Shown in pieces: positions 55,502-59,942 of a stretch of DNA of 59,942 bases. The DNA comes from an uncultured Ruminococcus sp. GTDB lineage: Bacteria; Bacillota; Clostridia; Oscillospirales; CAG-272. Under the pieces are notes generated by a model. That model was given only the letters and a program-made list of their open reading frames with translations, had not been told where the DNA came from and ran no database searches. The translations under genes and the position numbers were made by a program. The DNA is taken from positions 1 through 59,942 of the forward strand of contig URUL01000002.1 of NCBI GenBank assembly GCA_900551005.1, read 5' to 3'. Within the stretch, counting starts at the first letter, position 1. Each line of letters opens with the position of its first letter.

Positions 55502-56422
55502 TCAGAAAATTTCGCGCTTTACGCGGCAAAGCTCTGCAATGAAAGCAGAGTCAAGCTCCGTGAGCTTATAATCCTTGCGGCGGATGATGACATCCTTATA
55601 TATCTTTTTGTTTTCATCGCAGGTGCGGCAAACAAGTCCATAGCGCTCGAGAAGCTTCGGCGGTATGGGGGACACCCACATGAACGTATCGGTATTTTCG
55701 GAGAGCAAATCAAATTGACTGCCGCGCTCGAAAACAAATATGCGCCGCTTTATATCAGGCAGCTCCTCTTTCTTGACCGCGTCTGTCGGAAGCGAGGGGA
55801 CATAGGGATCTCCGTGTGCTATTTCTATATACTCGGCAAGGTCACTGAAGGCGATCTTTTCTTTCTTTGCAAGCGGCGAATCCTTGCTCATGACAAGCTC
55901 ATAGGAAAATTCTGCGATAAGCTCATAACAGAGGCCCTTTTCTTCGAGCATTTCTTTATAATATTTATCGAAATTTTCCGCATAGCGCACGATGCCGAGC
56001 TTGTATTCTTCCTGGAGAATGTTTTTTATCGCCCGCATGGAGTTTGTTTCTTTATAGAAAAGCTCTATTTCTTCTTCCGATGCGAGTTGCTTTGAAAATG
56101 CGGCAAAGGCTTCCGAAATATAGCTTGCTCTCGGAACAGAGATGGAGAAGCGCTTTTTGTGCACCGTATTCTTGCTGAACATATGCTCGAGCGCATCTAC
56201 TTGCTTTAAAATCGTTTCGGCATACGTCAGAAATGCCTCGCCGTCGGGCGTCAGACGCATTCCTCTGGCTGAGCGCTCAAAAATGGTCACTCCGAGTGAG
56301 GATTCAAGCTCCTTTATCGAACGGCTGAGGTTCGGTTGGTCTATATAGAGTTTTTCTGCCGCTTTGTTGATCGAGCCGCAGGCGGCAACCTCCGCGGCAT
56401 ATTTTAGATACAAAAGATTCAT
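55502..56422 (-). CDS. LysR-family transcriptional regulator
   Basis: 306 aa. N-terminal HTH MNLLYLKYAAEVAACGSINKAAEKLYIDQPNLSRSIKELE, plus a substrate-binding domain. Confidence 0.9.
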   Translation of the reverse strand: MNLLYLKYAAEVAACGSINKAAEKLYIDQPNLSRSIKELESSLGVTIFERSARGMRLTPDGEAFLTYAETILKQVDALEHMFSKNTVHKKRFSISVPRASYISEAFAAFSKQLASEEEIELFYKETNSMRAIKNILQEEYKLGIVRYAENFDKYYKEMLEEKGLCYELIAEFSYELVMSKDSPLAKKEKIAFSDLAEYIEIAHGDPYVPSLPTDAVKKEELPDIKRRIFVFERGSQFDLLSENTDTFMWVSPIPPKLLERYGLVCRTCDENKKIYKDVIIRRKDYKLTELDSAFIAELCRVKREIF

Positions 56423-56472
56423 ATAGTCTCCTTTCCGATATTATTCTGTGCCGAAATGCGATTTATAAACAG

Positions 56473-57156
56473 TTATTTCAGAAGCCCGTATTTTTTTATT
56501 ACGCGGCTCAGCTTTTCGCCTATCGGCTTAGCGAGCAGCAGAAGAAAAATTACATTGGAAACGGCATAGATGAGCAGTACAATGCCCGATGAGGCGACGG
56601 CAGCAAGATAACGGGCAAAGGAAAAATCTTCCCACCAGAGCACCGTCCAGATATCCATGACGAGCGAATAGAATATTCCTGCGAGCGCCCCGAAAATCGC
56701 AAGCGCGATTTTGTTTTTCTTTAAAAGCTCTCCGAGCAGGGCGGCAAAAAGTCCGATAAGTCCCCACGCAAACATTTGAAACGGAGTCCACGGACCCTGA
56801 CCGAAGAGAATATTGGACAGGATCGCCGAGAGAGCTCCGCAGAGAAAACCCGACTGCACACCGAGGTACATGCCTGTGATGATGACTATTGCCGCTACGG
56901 GCTTGAAATGGGGAAGTGCCGCAAAAGCAAATCTGCCGAGCACGGAAAGCGCCGTCATGACGGCAAGTATAACCGAAAGCTGAATATTGCCGTCTTTTTT
57001 TTCAAACGTGATAAAAAAAGGAATACAGGAAAGCAAAGCCGTGCATATGGATATGGGGAGATACGCTTTTTCTCCGAAAGCGAAAATGCCGACGGCAATG
57101 CAAAGAGGGATCATCAGAAAAAATACGATATACGAAAAAGCGGATTTGAGCTTCAT
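56473..57156 (-). CDS. ECF transporter substrate-specific (S) component
   Basis: 227 aa, about 6 TM helices. Directly downstream of dedicated ecfA and ecfT genes. Substrate not assignable from sequence. Confidence 0.7.
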   Translation of the reverse strand: MKLKSAFSYIVFFLMIPLCIAVGIFAFGEKAYLPISICTALLSCIPFFITFEKKDGNIQLSVILAVMTALSVLGRFAFAALPHFKPVAAIVIITGMYLGVQSGFLCGALSAILSNILFGQGPWTPFQMFAWGLIGLFAALLGELLKKNKIALAIFGALAGIFYSLVMDIWTVLWWEDFSFARYLAAVASSGIVLLIYAVSNVIFLLLLAKPIGEKLSRVIKKYGLLK

Positions 57157-57158
57157 AT

Positions 57159-58820
57159 TTATTTCGCGCCTCCTGCGAGGAAAACGACATCATCGACCGT
57201 GACTGCATTTTCAAAGATGCCGCGTGATATGCGGCTCGCTGCCGTGGTATAGAAATCGTTTCCGCTGAAAAATCTGCGCGGAGAGGTGGGAGAGATGATT
57301 TCGCCGTCAAAGAAAAGCGCACATCTGTCTGAGGCGATGGCGGCAAATTCTGTATCGTGCGTGACCATGATGACGGTTACGCCGTCGTTTTTCAGACGGA
57401 AGAGAAGTTCTTTCAGCATCAGCTTGGCATGCGCATCTATCCCTTTCGTAGGCTCGTCGAGGAGCAATATTTTCGGCTCCGACAAAAGAATTTTCGCAAG
57501 TGCGCATTTTTGTGCCTCTCCGCCTGACAGATCATATGGGTGCTTTTCCGCAAGGGAGAATATGCCGAGTTTTTCCTTCATATCGCGTATTTTTTCCTCC
57601 GCTTGTCCTGCCGGATATCCGAGTGCGCGGCACATATCCCGAAGCTCCTCTGCGACGCTTTTTTTCAGAAAGACATCGCGTACATCCTGCGGCAGGAGAG
57701 CTACATTGTGAAAATGCAGTTCGCGACCGCTGTATTCTTTTATATTTTTGCCGAGGATCTTAATTTTCCCGCGATACGGCTTGTCTATTCCGCTCATGAC
57801 CTTCAGAGCGGTCGTTTTTCCCGCGCCGTTTCCGCCGAGGAGAGAGAAGAACTCGCCGCTTTTCACCGAAAGACACGTGCCGCGCAGAACGTCAGGCGCA
57901 TTTTTCTCATAACGGAACCAGACGTTTTTCATTTCAAGTGCGATATCGCACTCCTTTTCCTCATTCTCGGATAGAGAAGCACCGATGGGCAGATCGAGTG
58001 AGGAAAGAAAACCTCTGCCTTCGCGAACGGTAAGCGGTGCTTTATCTGCAAACTTACTATTCCGAAGTGAGGAATATATTCTTGAAGCGGAGGGGAAGCC
58101 CGCGGCAACAGAATGGGAGCCGAGCTTTTCGCAGATATCCCGAGGGGAGCTGAGGGCGAGTATTTTGCCATTCTCCATCACAGCCACGCGGTCGGCTATC
58201 GGGAATAACTCCTCCAGCCGGTGCTCTGCCATGATGACCGTGACGCCGAGATCGCGGTTCAGTTTACAGACAGCCGTTATGAAATTTGATGCGGCGACGG
58301 GATCGAGCTGAGCCGTCGGTTCATCAAGCAAGAGCAGCTTAGGCGAGAGAGCCATGCCCGAGGCGAGCGAAAGGAGCTGCTTCTGTCCGCCGGAGAGAGA
58401 AGCGGTATCCCTCCGAAACCATGAATCAATGCCGAAATATCCCGCCATCTCTCCCGCACGCATACGTAGTTTTTCGCTCGGACAGCCGAGGCTTTCCATA
58501 CCGAAGGCAAGCTCATGCCAGACCTTGTCCGTAACGATCTGAGACTCGGGATTCTGCATGACGTAGCCTATATCAGAGGCAAGGGAGCGCGTGTCAAGCT
58601 CTCCGTGCGGCTTTCCGCAAAAGAGGATATCGCCGCTCATGCTTCCGACAGGGGCAAGTTCGCGTTTTATCAGACGCAGGAGCGTTGTTTTCCCGCAGCC
58701 CGATTCTCCGCAGAGCACGACAAATTCGCCCTCGCGCACGGAAAACGAAATGTTTTCGAGCGCGGGTTTTTCAGCCTCCGGATAGGAGAAACTCAGATTT
58801 TTGACCGTAAGTATTTCCAA
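57159..58820 (-). CDS. ECF transporter ATPase, fused duplicated EcfA1-EcfA2
   Basis: 553 aa with two ABC cassettes (GESGCGKTT / LSGGQKQ / LLLDEP and GGNGAGKTT / LSGGEAQ / LLLDEP). TTG start 7 nt after GGAGG, overlapping the ecfT end by 28 nt. Confidence 0.9.
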   Translation of the reverse strand: MEILTVKNLSFSYPEAEKPALENISFSVREGEFVVLCGESGCGKTTLLRLIKRELAPVGSMSGDILFCGKPHGELDTRSLASDIGYVMQNPESQIVTDKVWHELAFGMESLGCPSEKLRMRAGEMAGYFGIDSWFRRDTASLSGGQKQLLSLASGMALSPKLLLLDEPTAQLDPVAASNFITAVCKLNRDLGVTVIMAEHRLEELFPIADRVAVMENGKILALSSPRDICEKLGSHSVAAGFPSASRIYSSLRNSKFADKAPLTVREGRGFLSSLDLPIGASLSENEEKECDIALEMKNVWFRYEKNAPDVLRGTCLSVKSGEFFSLLGGNGAGKTTALKVMSGIDKPYRGKIKILGKNIKEYSGRELHFHNVALLPQDVRDVFLKKSVAEELRDMCRALGYPAGQAEEKIRDMKEKLGIFSLAEKHPYDLSGGEAQKCALAKILLSEPKILLLDEPTKGIDAHAKLMLKELLFRLKNDGVTVIMVTHDTEFAAIASDRCALFFDGEIISPTSPRRFFSGNDFYTTAASRISRGIFENAVTVDDVVFLAGGAK

Positions 58821-59683
58821 CGAAATGCCTCCTTAGTCTCAAAGATAAAAGGAAAAAGCGAAAGTGCCGCGAATGTCGCATAAAGGCAGACGGCAACGAA
58901 TGAAAAATCAATTTTTGCCACCCGCGGATAAAACGAAAAAGTGAATATTCCCAGATTGATGCCGATAATGGATACCGCGATAAGAGCGACGGTACAAAAT
59001 GAGAGGACAGTATCGCCTGCGGTAAAGCGGAATGGTGCAAATTTTGTTCTGCCGGGCAGACCGTAGCCGCGAGCCTTCATGGAGGAGCTTGTTTCTGCGG
59101 TACCTTCGAGCGCCCACGTAACAAGCGCTGAGAATATCCGAGCATTGACGAAGAGCTTTGCCACGAAGCCTTTTTCGGAATAATAGCCCATTGCCTTTTG
59201 AGCATCAGAAAGTTCTTTCCATTTACGCCTGAAAAGCGGAAGAAAACGAAGAGACATCGTCAGAACGAGCGATACCTTCGGCAGTACTCCGCCGAAAACA
59301 CAAATGAGTTTGTCTGAGGACATTACGGCGGAAAAGCATTTGCACCATATCATCACGGCTATCATGACAGCGGCAATATCTGCGCCGTACAGGATCGCTT
59401 CCAGCGTGACGGGATTGCCGTTCATAAAGAAAAGCGGTGTCGCACCATTATGCGAAAAAAGCGGATTTGCAAGAGAAAGCAGGATGAACAGCGCAAAGAA
59501 GAATGTGATATCGGATAAAAATTTTCTACCCTGTATCATCGCGCAGAAAAGGATCCCTCCGAGAAGAGAAATACCGACCGCAATGGGATTTGTGATAAAT
59601 ACGGTTACGAGAATCACAGACATCAGATAAAGAAAGGCGGAAAGGGGATGAAACTGTCCGAAGGCAAGAAATTTCTCATTCAT
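58793..59683 (-). CDS. ecfT: ECF transporter transmembrane (T) component, EcfT/CbiQ family
   Basis: Start set at MNEKFLAFGQFHP (ATG 59683, GGAGG upstream). Multi-pass membrane protein with the conserved coupling-helix Arg region (MSLRFLPLFRRK...ARG). Confidence 0.85.
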   Translation of the reverse strand: MNEKFLAFGQFHPLSAFLYLMSVILVTVFITNPIAVGISLLGGILFCAMIQGRKFLSDITFFFALFILLSLANPLFSHNGATPLFFMNGNPVTLEAILYGADIAAVMIAVMIWCKCFSAVMSSDKLICVFGGVLPKVSLVLTMSLRFLPLFRRKWKELSDAQKAMGYYSEKGFVAKLFVNARIFSALVTWALEGTAETSSSMKARGYGLPGRTKFAPFRFTAGDTVLSFCTVALIAVSIIGINLGIFTFSFYPRVAKIDFSFVAVCLYATFAALSLFPFIFETKEAFRWKYLRSKI

Positions 59684-59942
59684 TTCCAATTCCTCCCTCA
59701 GGTAAATTTCCGATATCGTGACCGAGGTCACAGGAATAAACAAATTCAATCACGTCACCGTCGGAAAGTGTATATTCCGCACATCCGCAGGACGGGAATT
59801 CGTCGTTTACCTGAAACATCCAACCCGACAGCGGTCCGCATGAATATTCATAGAGGTAATTTATGCCGGCAATATACAGAACACCGATCGAATTTTTATT
59901 CCCGCCACGATATTCCATCTGAATCTTGTTATATCGCAGGAC
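59676..59942 (-). CDS. DUF4430-like domain protein, C-terminal fragment; the frame is open to the right edge
   Basis: The C-terminal sequence ...GPLSGWMFQVNDEFPSCGCAEYTLSDGDVIEFVY resembles DUF4430. No stop between 59918 and 59942, so the true start probably lies outside the window. 8-nt overlap with ecfT. Confidence 0.55.
   Translation of the reverse strand, partial: VLRYNKIQMEYRGGNKNSIGVLYIAGINYLYEYSCGPLSGWMFQVNDEFPSCGCAEYTLSDGDVIEFVYSCDLGHDIGNLPEGGIGNE

Noticed and set aside
1-59942. Search by eye for CRISPR arrays, tRNA/rRNA genes, riboswitches, transposases, integrases and prophage blocks
   Set aside because: No spaced direct repeats were seen. Non-coding gaps are mostly under 250 bp, the largest being about 460-520 bp at 31.98-32.44 kb and 37.25-37.78 kb, and each of those holds one small ORF. 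No recombinase or phage structural genes were recognised. A covariance-model scan would be needed to exclude small ncRNAs.

Overview
About 60 kb of chromosome (roughly 50% GC by eye) that looks like a spore-forming Firmicute of class Clostridia. The basis is PolC, the yabO-yabP-yabQ-divIC block, AddAB rather than RecBCD, and a YjcZ-like tiny membrane peptide. All calls come from reading the supplied ORF translations and the DNA by eye; no homology search, HMM or folding program was run. Coding density is high and about 55 protein genes can be supported.

Left to right, the window contains:
- The rseP (3' fragment)-ispG-polC core, then hup and the sporulation/division block yabO-yabP-yabQ-divIC.
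- A long minus-strand gene string (22.7 kb down to 7.8 kb): QueG-like Fe-S protein, a membrane protein, addB, the TIGR03960/TIGR03936 radical-SAM pair, a YerC-like regulator, a methyltransferase, hslO, a small membrane protein and a four-gene redox operon.
- A divergent GyrB/GyrA-like type IIA topoisomerase pair, an orphan atypical OmpR-type regulator, and addA.
- Membrane and lipoprotein genes, ftsH, and prfA-tsaC-coaE-lytic transglycosylase-M18 aminopeptidase.
- A GH29 fucosidase plus SGNH esterase.
- A DNA-damage-flavoured accessory patch: an XRE-S24 (HdiR/CI-like) repressor coupled to a small ABC-type ATPase, divergent from a membrane protein plus SPL-family radical SAM gene, then a hypoxanthine-type DNA glycosylase, a Nudix hydrolase and an AraC regulator.
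- cysK-rrf2, a P-loop/GNAT fusion with a TetR regulator, a stand-alone 5'-3' exonuclease, a LysR regulator, and an ECF transporter with a DUF4430 protein that runs off the right edge.

I found no rRNA, tRNA, CRISPR array, transposase, integrase or obvious prophage.

The most notable observations:
1. The autocleavable-repressor/ATPase module, with an 11-bp inverted repeat that overlaps both -35 boxes of back-to-back consensus promoters.
2. addB interrupted by a single in-frame TAA and physically uncoupled from addA.
3. An unassigned four-enzyme reductase operon.
4. An unlisted 29-aa Cys-rich tiny membrane peptide.
5. A P-loop NTPase-GNAT fusion next to a TetR regulator.
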